From Candidatus Helarchaeota archaeon (GTDB taxonomy: Archaea; Asgardarchaeota; Lokiarchaeia; Helarchaeales; RDOG01): a stretch of 64,000 nt of DNA. A program made the translations under genes and the position numbers. Every line of letters begins with the position of its first letter. Position 1 is the first letter of the stretch. Under the pieces are notes generated by a model that saw nothing but the letters and a program-made list of their open reading frames with translations, was not told the origin of the DNA and made no database searches. Below, piece by piece: positions 25,458 through 34,655 of the stretch. The stretch spans positions 1 to 64,000 of the forward strand of contig JALGVI010000003.1 in the NCBI GenBank assembly GCA_029838215.1, in the 5' to 3' direction.

Positions 25458-25612
25458 TCAAAAAACATGTAAGCATACTAAAATATTTATCTAAGCAATT
25501 AAATTATAGACAATGAACCACATATGACCTCGAAGATGTAAATTCCTTCGCGAGAATTCAGAGAAAAACATCACGAACTGAATTGGTCATGAACATGAAG
25601 TAGTTGATAGAA

Positions 25613-26227
25613 ATGGGTGCATTCGAGAAATTCGTCAAATGGTTAAAAGGCGGTAATAATCTCAATAAGATCATCATTAATATTGACATATTCACCCGTA
25701 GTTTAGCACGCCAACGTAAAGAACTGGAAAAACAAGCACGCGATAACTTCCGGATGGCAAAAAAATATCGGCTTGAAGGAAACAACCAGGCTGCAAGAAT
25801 GTACATGGAACATCGCGTGCGCTTCCAAAAATGGGCACTCGGCGTGGATTCATATCGCCTGCATATTGTTGGCTTACTTCAAAAATTGAAACAGGCTCAA
25901 GCTCATAATGAGATGGCTAAAACTCTAATTCAGATCAACCGCGTTTTGGGATCACTTAAACAGAATGTTCAAATTCCCCGACTTTCGGATCTAATGGCAA
26001 GCATTGATCAGACCTTCAATCAATTTGATTTGGCTGGAGAGTTCATTGATGAAGGCATGGAACAAATGGTCGTAAATACTGAAGTCACTGATACCGATAT
26101 AAATCAAGGAATGGCTGAGTTGGACGCGGAAATCGGAATGGAGACGGGTCAAGTCTTGACCAGTCCGAGTTCTGGTCGAATCTCTAAATTAGAAGAAGAA
26201 ATTAGAAAATTAAAGGAGGGACGTTAA
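25613..26227 (+). CDS. ESCRT-III Snf7-family protein, Vps2/24/46-like class
   Basis: Amphipathic N-terminus, helical hairpin, D...E.M segment and terminal MIM1-like KLEEEIRKLK. The track start is TTG 25604. Confidence 0.85.
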   Translation: MGAFEKFVKWLKGGNNLNKIIINIDIFTRSLARQRKELEKQARDNFRMAKKYRLEGNNQAARMYMEHRVRFQKWALGVDSYRLHIVGLLQKLKQAQAHNEMAKTLIQINRVLGSLKQNVQIPRLSDLMASIDQTFNQFDLAGEFIDEGMEQMVVNTEVTDTDINQGMAELDAEIGMETGQVLTSPSSGRISKLEEEIRKLKEGR

Positions 26228-26847
26228 TGGGCTTCCTCAATAAGTTATTTCCAAAAAAAGCTAAAGAGCGAGACCAAATTATTGCAGAATTACGGCAATC
26301 GATTAATCGAATGGGCTTGCGATCACGAAAATTCGAAGCCAATGCTGTAAAACATCGCCAAAAAGCAAAAAAATACATGAAAACAAACAAGGCACTGGCA
26401 AAACAATATATTGCACGTTACAACAAGGCACTAAAAACTCAGAAACGTTATGATTCCTTCATTTCAAAGCTTGAAGACAGGATCTTTGCTCTTGAACAGG
26501 CAGAAGACATTAATGACTTGGGAAAAGCAATGGAAACTGCAACGCGAGAATTGAATCGGGCTAGATCTCTCATCACGCCACAGCGTGCCATGGAAATTAT
26601 GGCTCAATCTGAACACGCAATGGAAGATATTGACCGCGTGGGTGAGATTTTCGCCGAAGAAGATGGTGATTTCGAGCTGGATGAAGAGGCTGAAGCTGAA
26701 TTTGAAGCACTTGAAGCCGAGATGCTGATGGAAGATATGGAAGGTCTTCCTGAAATTCCTGATGAACCGGTGACCACTCATAAAGCAAAAACTAGCAAGC
26801 AAAAGAAAGAACTCGAAGAACTGAAACGTTCAATTGACATTGATTAA
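26227..26847 (+). CDS. ESCRT-III Snf7-family protein, Vps20/32/60-like class
   Basis: MGFLNKLF amphipathic helix, KxxAKxY...K, ELEAEFEAL-like helix and MIM2-like LPEIPDEP; 1-nt overlap with the upstream gene. Confidence 0.88.
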   Translation: MGFLNKLFPKKAKERDQIIAELRQSINRMGLRSRKFEANAVKHRQKAKKYMKTNKALAKQYIARYNKALKTQKRYDSFISKLEDRIFALEQAEDINDLGKAMETATRELNRARSLITPQRAMEIMAQSEHAMEDIDRVGEIFAEEDGDFELDEEAEAEFEALEAEMLMEDMEGLPEIPDEPVTTHKAKTSKQKKELEELKRSIDID

Positions 26848-26970
26848 CTCGCCATCCTGTATAAGATCAAAAACATCGCCTTCTTTTTCTTTTAATTTTT
26901 TCTAAATTTCCATAAAGACCTCTTTCTTTATATATCATTTAATAAAATAGTAAATGAGAAAAATAAAACG

Positions 26971-29247
26971 GTGTTGGTCCAGATATCTTTCATCTCTCAT
27001 CCTCTATTAAAAGAAAATGCAATTGAAAGGCGTCTTTACCAAGAAACTCTTACATTATCGTGCATAAATCATCATAGTCTCGTGATTTTACCTACTGGAT
27101 TGGGAAAAACCATTATCGCCGCTCTCATAGCTGCTTATCGAAAAAAAAAGCATCCGAAAGGCAAGATCATTTTTCTTGCGCCAACCAAACCTCTTGTTGA
27201 TCAGCACCATAAGACCTTCACCTCCGTTTTTAATTTTGATGCTAGTGATTTTGCCGTGTTAACGGGATCCACGCCCCCTGGTAAAAGAAAGGAAATCTGG
27301 ATGAATTCCTCCTTCATTTTTGTAACGCCACAGACATTGCAAAATGATATCATTAAAGGAAACTGCTCATTGGAAGATTGCGTTTTTCTGATTTTTGATG
27401 AAGCGCATCGAGCAGTTGGAAATTATGCATACGTGTTTATTGCTCGTGAATATATCAAGCAAGCACGAAATCCGCTCATATTGGGCATCACGGCATCGCC
27501 AAGTTCGGAAGAAATTAAAATTCAAGAAATTCAGGAAAATTTATTCATCCAAAATATCGAAATACGGACTGAAAGCAGTCCTGACGTTAAGGATTATGTC
27601 CAACCCGTTGAAATCGAAAAAATTTTCGTTAGTCTTCCATCTGAATTCATGGACTTAAAGTCAAAGATCGAATCCGAATTGAAAGCAGTTTTAATGAACT
27701 TGAAACGTGCAGGTATCGTGGACACGTACGACTTACGTAGGATTTCACACAGTAAGTTGCTTGCTGCCCAGCGAATGGTACAAGCTCGAATAAAGGATTC
27801 CCAACCCGATGCTGAATTTTACGAAAATATAAAGAGAATTACCATTTCAATCAAACTCTCACACATGCTAGAACTACTTGAATCTCAAGGACTCATCTCT
27901 TTACAAAAATATTTAAAAAAGATTCAACGAGGAACTACTAAATCCGATAAAATCATCTCTCAATCCTCATTTTATGAAGAAATGTTCCAATTAATTCAAC
28001 GATTAATGGACGGAGAGAAGGAACATCCAAAGTTGAAAAAGCTCATCACGCTTCTAAATAATGAAATCAAGAGAAATCCCGACGCTAAAATCATTGTCTT
28101 CGTTCACTATCGTGTTTCTGCACAAATGATCACTGCTGAGCTTGAAAAACACGAGCAACTTCGAGCAGTGCGATTCGTGGGACAACAAAGCAAGAGAGGT
28201 GATAAGGGACTAACTCAAAAAGAACAGCTTGAAATTTTGGAACAATTTAAAGCGGGTGATTATAATCTATTAATTGCCACGTCTGTAGCCGAGGAAGGAT
28301 TGGACATTTCCGAGTGTGATTTGGTCATTTTTTATGATTCTGTTCCAAGCTCCATACGAAGCATACAAAGACGTGGTAGGACTGGTCGAAAACGGGCTGG
28401 AAAAGTCATTGTGCTCATAACCAAAGGAACGATTGATGAAGGATATCACTATGCCGCTCAATCAAAAGAAAGGACGATGAAAAGACACATTCGAGAACTT
28501 CAGCATTATTCTAAGCAACTGAAAGAAAAATTACCTAATGATCAAAAATCGCTAATCACGTATGTTCCTGAAACACCTGAATCAAAGAAGAAAAAGATAA
28601 CCATCATTGCGGATACCAGAGAAACGGCATCACCCGTCGTGCGAACTCTATACGAAGCTGGCGTGGACGTTCAATTGAAAAAATTAGACGTGGGCGATTA
28701 TATCATCTCTGAAGACGCAGGTATTGAACGAAAAACCATTGAGGATTTGGCTGAATCCCTTAAAGATGGACGCCTATTTCGAGAATTGACCGATCTTTGT
28801 AATTCTTATAGCATTCCGATAATAATAATTGAAGGAACTGATTTATATTCTGCCAGGGGAATCGTGCCTAATGCCCTGCGAGGAACGTTGGCAAGCCTTA
28901 TCTTGGATTTTAAATTAGCAACCATATTTTCTAAAGATGCAGAAGATACTGCAAAGTTTTTAATCATGCTCGCAAAACGAGAACAAGAAGAAAAGAAAAA
29001 AACACCCAGGATTCGTAACTCTAAAACACCACCAAACATGGCAAGAACACTCGAATATATCGTGGCAGGAATTCCTCTAATCGATATCACGCGTGCAAGA
29101 AATTTGCTTTCACATTTTGGCTCCATCAAGAATATTTTTACGGCTTCTGAAGAAGAATTGAGAAATGTAAAAGGCATTGGCGAAAAAATCGCAAGACAAA
29201 TCATCTCACTATTTAATGAAGAATATCAAGATGATGGCGGTCAATGA
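26971..29247 (+). CDS. hef: Hef (FANCM/XPF-type) SF2 helicase - ERCC4 nuclease
   Basis: LPTGLGKT, DEAHRA, ATSVAEEGLDI, QRRGRTGR, ERKT..DL..S..DGRL and HhH (GIGEK). Confidence 0.95.
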   Translation: MLVQISFISHPLLKENAIERRLYQETLTLSCINHHSLVILPTGLGKTIIAALIAAYRKKKHPKGKIIFLAPTKPLVDQHHKTFTSVFNFDASDFAVLTGSTPPGKRKEIWMNSSFIFVTPQTLQNDIIKGNCSLEDCVFLIFDEAHRAVGNYAYVFIAREYIKQARNPLILGITASPSSEEIKIQEIQENLFIQNIEIRTESSPDVKDYVQPVEIEKIFVSLPSEFMDLKSKIESELKAVLMNLKRAGIVDTYDLRRISHSKLLAAQRMVQARIKDSQPDAEFYENIKRITISIKLSHMLELLESQGLISLQKYLKKIQRGTTKSDKIISQSSFYEEMFQLIQRLMDGEKEHPKLKKLITLLNNEIKRNPDAKIIVFVHYRVSAQMITAELEKHEQLRAVRFVGQQSKRGDKGLTQKEQLEILEQFKAGDYNLLIATSVAEEGLDISECDLVIFYDSVPSSIRSIQRRGRTGRKRAGKVIVLITKGTIDEGYHYAAQSKERTMKRHIRELQHYSKQLKEKLPNDQKSLITYVPETPESKKKKITIIADTRETASPVVRTLYEAGVDVQLKKLDVGDYIISEDAGIERKTIEDLAESLKDGRLFRELTDLCNSYSIPIIIIEGTDLYSARGIVPNALRGTLASLILDFKLATIFSKDAEDTAKFLIMLAKREQEEKKKTPRIRNSKTPPNMARTLEYIVAGIPLIDITRARNLLSHFGSIKNIFTASEEELRNVKGIGEKIARQIISLFNEEYQDDGGQ

Positions 29248-29342
29248 TTTAAAATCTCAATAGACTTCGGCTTGAACTTGTTAAATTGATAAATTTATTA
29301 AACAAAATTTAACATCATATTTTTAATGATTAACCGAAAGGA

Positions 29343-29570
29343 ATGGTAACCTTGACCTGTGTAATTTGCAAGCGCAAAGTTGAGAACGGTGAATTCTGCA
29401 CCTACCATAACGCAGCACACGAGAACTTGCAAAAATCTTATGCCGACTGGAAAGAAGCATATGGCGACCTCACCTTTAAAGAATACTTGAAAAAATTGCT
29501 CGTCAATAAACAGACAGGAAATTGGGTCAAGGAAGTTGCGAATTATTTGTTAAAAAAAGAATCTAGCTAA
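29343..29570 (+). CDS. Small conserved-looking protein with CxxC...CxxH Zn site
   Basis: CVIC......FCTYH followed by a W-containing helical region. Confidence 0.65.
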   Translation: MVTLTCVICKRKVENGEFCTYHNAAHENLQKSYADWKEAYGDLTFKEYLKKLLVNKQTGNWVKEVANYLLKKESS

Positions 29571-29592
29571 AAAACGGCGGCTTTATTGATTT

Positions 29593-30339
29593 ATGTCACC
29601 GACTGAAATTACATTTGTGGGCCATTCGACTCTTTTGCTAAAAATGAATGGAATAAAGATCATAACTGATCCGATACTGGGTCGCCATCCGCGTTACTTC
29701 ATTTTAATGCGTCGCCGGCTAAAGCCCGGTTTCACTCTTGAACAATTACTTGATGAAAAGATCGATGCCATTTTATTGAGTCATAGCCATCTTGATCATT
29801 ATCACATCCCGACACTTCGGAGATTTCCGCGAGAAACTCCTTTATTCGTGCCTAAAGGTTATGAATCCCGTGTTCAATCTGCTTATAAACACTTTACAGA
29901 CATCTATGAGCTAGATTTATGGCAGCATGAGCTCTTTAATGGCATCAAGATTACTGCCGTCCCGGCAAATCATCCCAGAAACGCAATCGGTTACGTCCTT
30001 GAGGGCGATCACGTGCTATATTTTCCAGGAGATACCGGTTGCTTCAAAGAGATAAGTGAATTCCCGAACCGTTTTCCTCCATTCGACGTGATTTTTTTAC
30101 CAATAATGGAACGTTTCCTATTGTGGCGCCGCTTGAATCCACACATCGACGCGCGTGATGCCGTTCGTATTGTCAAAATATTGAAGCCGACCAAACACGC
30201 CATTCCAATTCACTTTGGCTTTTATCCCAGAAGAAATTACTTAAAAATTCCACTTGAATTCAAAAAATTGCTTGAAAAAGAAGGACTACAACACCTTTTC
30301 TATCTACTATTGAACGGAGAAACGCTTAAACTATCATAG
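29593..30339 (+). CDS. MBL-fold metallo-hydrolase (UlaG/NAPE-PLD-like)
   Basis: FVGHST, ITDP, HSHLDH, YFPGDTG, PIHFG. Confidence 0.88.
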   Translation: MSPTEITFVGHSTLLLKMNGIKIITDPILGRHPRYFILMRRRLKPGFTLEQLLDEKIDAILLSHSHLDHYHIPTLRRFPRETPLFVPKGYESRVQSAYKHFTDIYELDLWQHELFNGIKITAVPANHPRNAIGYVLEGDHVLYFPGDTGCFKEISEFPNRFPPFDVIFLPIMERFLLWRRLNPHIDARDAVRIVKILKPTKHAIPIHFGFYPRRNYLKIPLEFKKLLEKEGLQHLFYLLLNGETLKLS

Positions 30340-30404
30340 ACAAGAAAAGATCACTAGAAAAACCGAAATAGTGATTTTTTAAAGAAAAGAAATAAAATTG
30401 ACCA

Positions 30405-30566
30405 TTACTTTGTTTTTTCTCGTTTTTTCCAGCGTAGATTTTTTCGCTTGCAACGTCGGCATTTTATAGCCGTTTCCGGATTCTTCGCTCCACAGTCCCT
30501 GCATACTTTGTAATACAGGAGCGAATGAATGGCTATCTGACGTTTAATGGGATCTCCTATTGGCAT
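30405..30566 (-). CDS. rpl40e: 50S ribosomal protein L40e (eL40), missed by the ORF track (53 aa)
   Basis: My translation: MPIGDPIKRQIAIHSLLYYKVCRDCGAKNPETAIKCRRCKRKNLRWKKREKTK. Confidence 0.95.
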   Translation of the reverse strand: MPIGDPIKRQIAIHSLLYYKVCRDCGAKNPETAIKCRRCKRKNLRWKKREKTK

Positions 30567-30684
30567 TATATATCTACCTAGATAACTTTTTTATCTTGTA
30601 AGAAGCAATTTGCTTATTTATTTTTCCTTAATAAAGATTCTCCTTGGCAAGAATGAGATGTTTTCAGCCACTTATCTTGTTCTG

Positions 30685-32316
30685 TCATTCATCATCTGAT
30701 TTCAAGAGTTTTTCTGTCGTATCCAATAAGTCATCCAATAATTCTTCGATATTTGTCTTTTCTTCAGTTACAGGTTCACCTGTTTCCGAGTTCAGCTTGG
30801 TTTCCGTCGTTTTTAGAAGGTGTTCTAACTCGGATAATGCTTTCTCATATTGTTCTGAAGTGAGATCTGATTGTTGAGATGACGGCACCTCATCAAGTTC
30901 AACTAACTCCGAGAGTTCTTTATAGGTTTGATCAAGTTCAATGGGTATATTATTTGCTTCAGATTTGTCTTTGACGTTGGTAACAACTAGCTCATCAGTA
31001 GATACTGTGGAATATTGACTGATGTCTTGATTTTCTTCGCGTAAAAACCTAAAAAATCTTAAAATATTCTTTTTCTGATATTTCTTTAGCTCCTTAAGAA
31101 GAGATATTCGGTCAATATTATACATCTTGCACAGATCTTCTATCGTGTGACGCCCATCGCAGTCTGCAAGAACACGTTGATCTCTTTCTGAATAACGACC
31201 AATATCCGCAATTTCAATTATTATTGGAAAAATCTCAAGGTTTTGTGGATAATAAGGAACGCCAAACTGGCTTGGTGGAATTTGAGTTTCTTCTGGTTCT
31301 TTGTACGGAAGGGGCTTTTGATAAGGCTGTGTTGTCCTAATTTGTGCTCCTGTTTCCAGTGAAGGCATGGTTATTGGAAGACTCGGATTAAAAATTTCAA
31401 TTATCTTTTCTTTTTCAATTGATCTATCTTCTGTTGTCGCACGTTCCAAATCTATGAAGGTTCGGGATTTGGTAACATCAATTGGAGGCAAGCTGGATGG
31501 TGGAGTGGTTTGAGTTTCTGAATAAGGTGAAGCGATATTTGAATTAGTATCTGCAAGGCTCTTTCCCAAATCTAAAAAGGTTCGTGTCTTACTCGCATCA
31601 ATTGGAAGTAAATTTTTAACTGAACCCGATTTCTGAGCCGAATTCGCTTCACTTGCTATATCCTCTGCTTTACTTTCCGCCGAGCGTTCAAGTGTATCCT
31701 TATCACCTTGAGCTGTTTCAATTACACGCTTGATTCGAATCCATTTCTTCTTTTGAAATTTGCGGAGTATTTCATTAACTCGTATTCGCGGTAATTTTGT
31801 TTCTTCAACAATTTTTGGAAGGGTATTTTTTCCATCGATGAGATACAAGACACTTGCTTCATCGACTGGAAATTTTTTCTTCGTAAAATCAATTTTAACA
31901 TTCAGAACAGGAATGGTTTTTAATGTTGTCTTAGTCCCACCCGAGGGAAGAGTGAGTGTTTCTAACTTTAATTTCTCAAAAACTTGCAAGTATTTCGATG
32001 CCTGAGCTTTGAAAACAAGTAATTGTCCGCTGGCCCCACTAGCAGCATATAGAACGATCATGTATTTATCCGAAACCTTGAATAAAACGAGATTCTGTCT
32101 ACTGATGGGAATGGAGTGCCCTCCAACCTCTAAAAGCCCGAAGTTTTCTTTTGCAAACGTTGAAATAAAATCAGCAAAGGGCAAAATCGGAGGGTCCATA
32201 TATGATATTTTTCCCTCACTATCTACTACCCCTACATTTACTTTTATCGAAACTAAATTCAATATATAAGACTTTATTCCTTGGATTATATCATTTAACG
32301 AAGAAGCCGATTCCAT
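30685..32316 (-). CDS. Protein with N-terminal longin/roadblock-like domain, two winged-helix repeats, a disordered linker and an acidic tail
   Basis: VGVVDSEGKI...VLFKVSDKYMIVL; LYLIDGKNTLPKIVEE...RVNEILRKFQKKKWI; VLADCDGRHTIEDLC...LKKYQKKNIL. Confidence 0.6.
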   Translation of the reverse strand: MESASSLNDIIQGIKSYILNLVSIKVNVGVVDSEGKISYMDPPILPFADFISTFAKENFGLLEVGGHSIPISRQNLVLFKVSDKYMIVLYAASGASGQLLVFKAQASKYLQVFEKLKLETLTLPSGGTKTTLKTIPVLNVKIDFTKKKFPVDEASVLYLIDGKNTLPKIVEETKLPRIRVNEILRKFQKKKWIRIKRVIETAQGDKDTLERSAESKAEDIASEANSAQKSGSVKNLLPIDASKTRTFLDLGKSLADTNSNIASPYSETQTTPPSSLPPIDVTKSRTFIDLERATTEDRSIEKEKIIEIFNPSLPITMPSLETGAQIRTTQPYQKPLPYKEPEETQIPPSQFGVPYYPQNLEIFPIIIEIADIGRYSERDQRVLADCDGRHTIEDLCKMYNIDRISLLKELKKYQKKNILRFFRFLREENQDISQYSTVSTDELVVTNVKDKSEANNIPIELDQTYKELSELVELDEVPSSQQSDLTSEQYEKALSELEHLLKTTETKLNSETGEPVTEEKTNIEELLDDLLDTTEKLLKSDDE

Positions 32317-32777
32317 TTTTCTTTTCCTATTTATTTCACTTATATCTTAATGAAAAAATCCCGTTCCTTTTTATCAGATTCCCCTTAAAAAGGAATTATA
32401 TCAATCTCTCAGTTTATTTAACCATAATACTTAATATATTTTTACCAAATTTCATGACAATTTTTCTTTTCCTTTAATTAAATGAACTAGCTATAAAGAC
32501 CTATAAATATTTCGATACGAATTGATCCGCAATAACTTGACTCAGCTACCTTCTCGAGAACCACTAATACGGGATTTAATGATAAAATATTCTCTCAAAA
32601 AGACGTAAGAGATTTATAATGCCCCAAGCATCACGCTTTACGATACATATTTTTTTTACTGCCATTCCGAGAAACAGAAGATTTGTCACATTTATAAATG
32701 AAACAAAACTAAATAATAAGAGAATATTAGAAGAAATTTAATATTTCTCATTTTCATGCTGAAAATGAAAGGAGGTT

Positions 32778-33605
32778 TTGCAAGTGTGGTGGATTCCATT
32801 ATTTTTAATGTTCTTTCAAGGCATCGCGATCATTGTTGTAATCATCTTGATTCAGGCAATCATCGTGTTCATGATAAAAAGAATTTTTAGAAAAAACAAA
32901 AAGCTTCCCAAGGATGCCATTAATGGAATCGTCCTATTTATCAGATTCATATCTGTAATCATCGTTCTTTTCGTGGCACTTCTCGATCCTGATTCTGTCC
33001 TCACTTTTTCTACGATATTCTCAACGGCTATCGGCTTTGCGTCCGCCATAGCGGTTGGTAACTTGATAGCAGGCATCTATATTATGACATCAAGACCATA
33101 TCGTATTGGAGACTACGTGCAAATTGGCGAGATCGAGGGATTCGTTGTTGAAATAGGGCTGAATTTTACCCGAATCAAAAATGCCACCACGCAATTAGTT
33201 TACAAGGTCCCAAATAAACTGGCTATGAACGAAAACCTAATGATTTATAAGACTAAAAAATCGGAACGAGCTCAAGTTGCTAACAATAAAGATAAGAAAA
33301 AGGGCATAGTAGAAATCTTGACAGAGACATTACAAGATGAAGAACTCGATAGATACGCTTTAATGGTCGAAGGTGATATGATTATTGATGCAAGAACGTT
33401 CAAACAAGAATTGGAACGGATTTGCGAGAAATGGGCTACAAAATTTGGTAGAAAGCCAGAGATATTGTTCGATTATATCAGCTTTAGAGTTAAAACCAGG
33501 ATCGTCATTACCGCAAAAGACATGCATGAAATTCAAGAGCCCATGAGCGAATTCCTCGATGACATTTGGTTTTCACTTTATGGTGAAAAAAGGGAGGGTG
33601 ATTAA
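32778..33605 (+). CDS. Small-conductance mechanosensitive channel (MscS family)
   Basis: Three TMs; GNLIAGIYI..SRPYRIGDYVQIG..EG.VVEIGLNFTRI. Confidence 0.88.
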   Translation: MQVWWIPLFLMFFQGIAIIVVIILIQAIIVFMIKRIFRKNKKLPKDAINGIVLFIRFISVIIVLFVALLDPDSVLTFSTIFSTAIGFASAIAVGNLIAGIYIMTSRPYRIGDYVQIGEIEGFVVEIGLNFTRIKNATTQLVYKVPNKLAMNENLMIYKTKKSERAQVANNKDKKKGIVEILTETLQDEELDRYALMVEGDMIIDARTFKQELERICEKWATKFGRKPEILFDYISFRVKTRIVITAKDMHEIQEPMSEFLDDIWFSLYGEKREGD

Positions 33606-34433
33606 ATGCATCAGTTGAATCCATTCTTCTTTTTACCATTTATTTTCAATTGGACCATATTTTGCTTGTTTATGATCATCCTATGGACTGGATACTTGCT
33701 TTCTGTTTTCATAATTCGGAAATATGTCTCAAAAATCGACATTTCGCCCGAAGTTCTTAATGGCATTAAAGTCGGTTTACGATTAACTTGCATCCTCGTG
33801 GTATTCTTCGCCTTTGTTTACATGTCTCCAGGACTATTCCCAGGTGGCATCCCGCAAGAAATCTCGACAATCATCGCAGCAATTACAGGAACCATCGTTG
33901 CTCTGTCGACCACGACGGTAATTCAAAACTTCATTGCAGGAATATATGTCATCCTTTCGAAACCATTCAAGCCGGGTGATCTTATTAGAATCGGTGATCA
34001 AGAAGGAATTGTTGAAGAAATCAGCCTGAACCATACTAAAATACAACGCTCCTCTGGAATTTATCATTACGTGTCAAACCGAGCCATCATAAACTCAAAA
34101 ATTATTAACTATTCCATTCCTGACGAAGAATTCATTGAAATGCAGCGAAATCAAGAACTCACGTTAAAAAAAATATTCACTCAAAAAACCATCACGCGAT
34201 ACGTGTTCAAGCTGGAATTGCCAAAGGAAAATCCGGCAAGAGTCAAAAAAGCCCTGAAAAAAGCTTGCGAAAAATTCAAAGATGCATTCATGATGACACC
34301 AGAATTCGTCACGACAGCATTGACTCACAAGGCCATCATTAGTTTTATTTTAGTTGATGAAAATCCCGAAACCATTTTGCAAAACAAGCCAAAGTTCATC
34401 GAGGAAATTTACTTGCAATTATTCAGCAAATAA
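33606..34433 (+). CDS. Small-conductance mechanosensitive channel (MscS family), tandem paralogue
   Basis: QNFIAGIYV..SKPFKPGDLIRIG..EG.VEEISLNHTKI; abuts the previous gene. Confidence 0.88.
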   Translation: MHQLNPFFFLPFIFNWTIFCLFMIILWTGYLLSVFIIRKYVSKIDISPEVLNGIKVGLRLTCILVVFFAFVYMSPGLFPGGIPQEISTIIAAITGTIVALSTTTVIQNFIAGIYVILSKPFKPGDLIRIGDQEGIVEEISLNHTKIQRSSGIYHYVSNRAIINSKIINYSIPDEEFIEMQRNQELTLKKIFTQKTITRYVFKLELPKENPARVKKALKKACEKFKDAFMMTPEFVTTALTHKAIISFILVDENPETILQNKPKFIEEIYLQLFSK

Positions 34434-34527
34434 AATAACCTACTGGTATTTGAGCTAGAGATCTTATCCGAATAGACCAAATTCTAAAATTAGATAATGA
34501 CTAAGTTAATCTGATTGGAAAGAAAAC

Positions 34528-34553
34528 TTTTTAGTAAAAACTTTTACTAAAAA
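34528..34553. promoter_or_regulatory. Perfect 12-bp inverted repeat upstream of tRNA-Val
   Basis: TTTTTAGTAAAA-ac-TTTTACTAAAAA, ending 12 bp before the tRNA. Confidence 0.45.
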
Positions 34554-34565
34554 ACAAGAATCTAA

Positions 34566-34642
34566 AGGCTCGTGATTTAGTTGGTTATAATGCCGCCCTC
34601 ACGCGGCGGAAGTCCCGGGTTCAAGTCCCGGCGAGCCTACCA
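34566..34642 (+). tRNA. tRNA-Val (anticodon CAC), CCA encoded, no intron
   Basis: Acceptor AGGCTCG/CGAGCCT, anticodon arm CCGCC-CTCACGC-GGCGG, T arm CCGGG-TTCAAGT-CCCGG. Confidence 0.95.
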
Positions 34643-34655
34643 CTTCCTTTTTGTT

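Noticed and set aside
32317-32777. 460-bp AT-rich intergenic region, including track ORF 32202-32477, as an ncRNA or small gene
   Set aside because: I saw no convincing stem, repeat or coding signal; it is compatible with divergent promoters.
34596-34603. G37 in tRNA-Val as an anomaly
   Set aside because: As I recall, G37 occurs in other archaeal tRNA-Val genes, and a Trm5 is encoded in the window.
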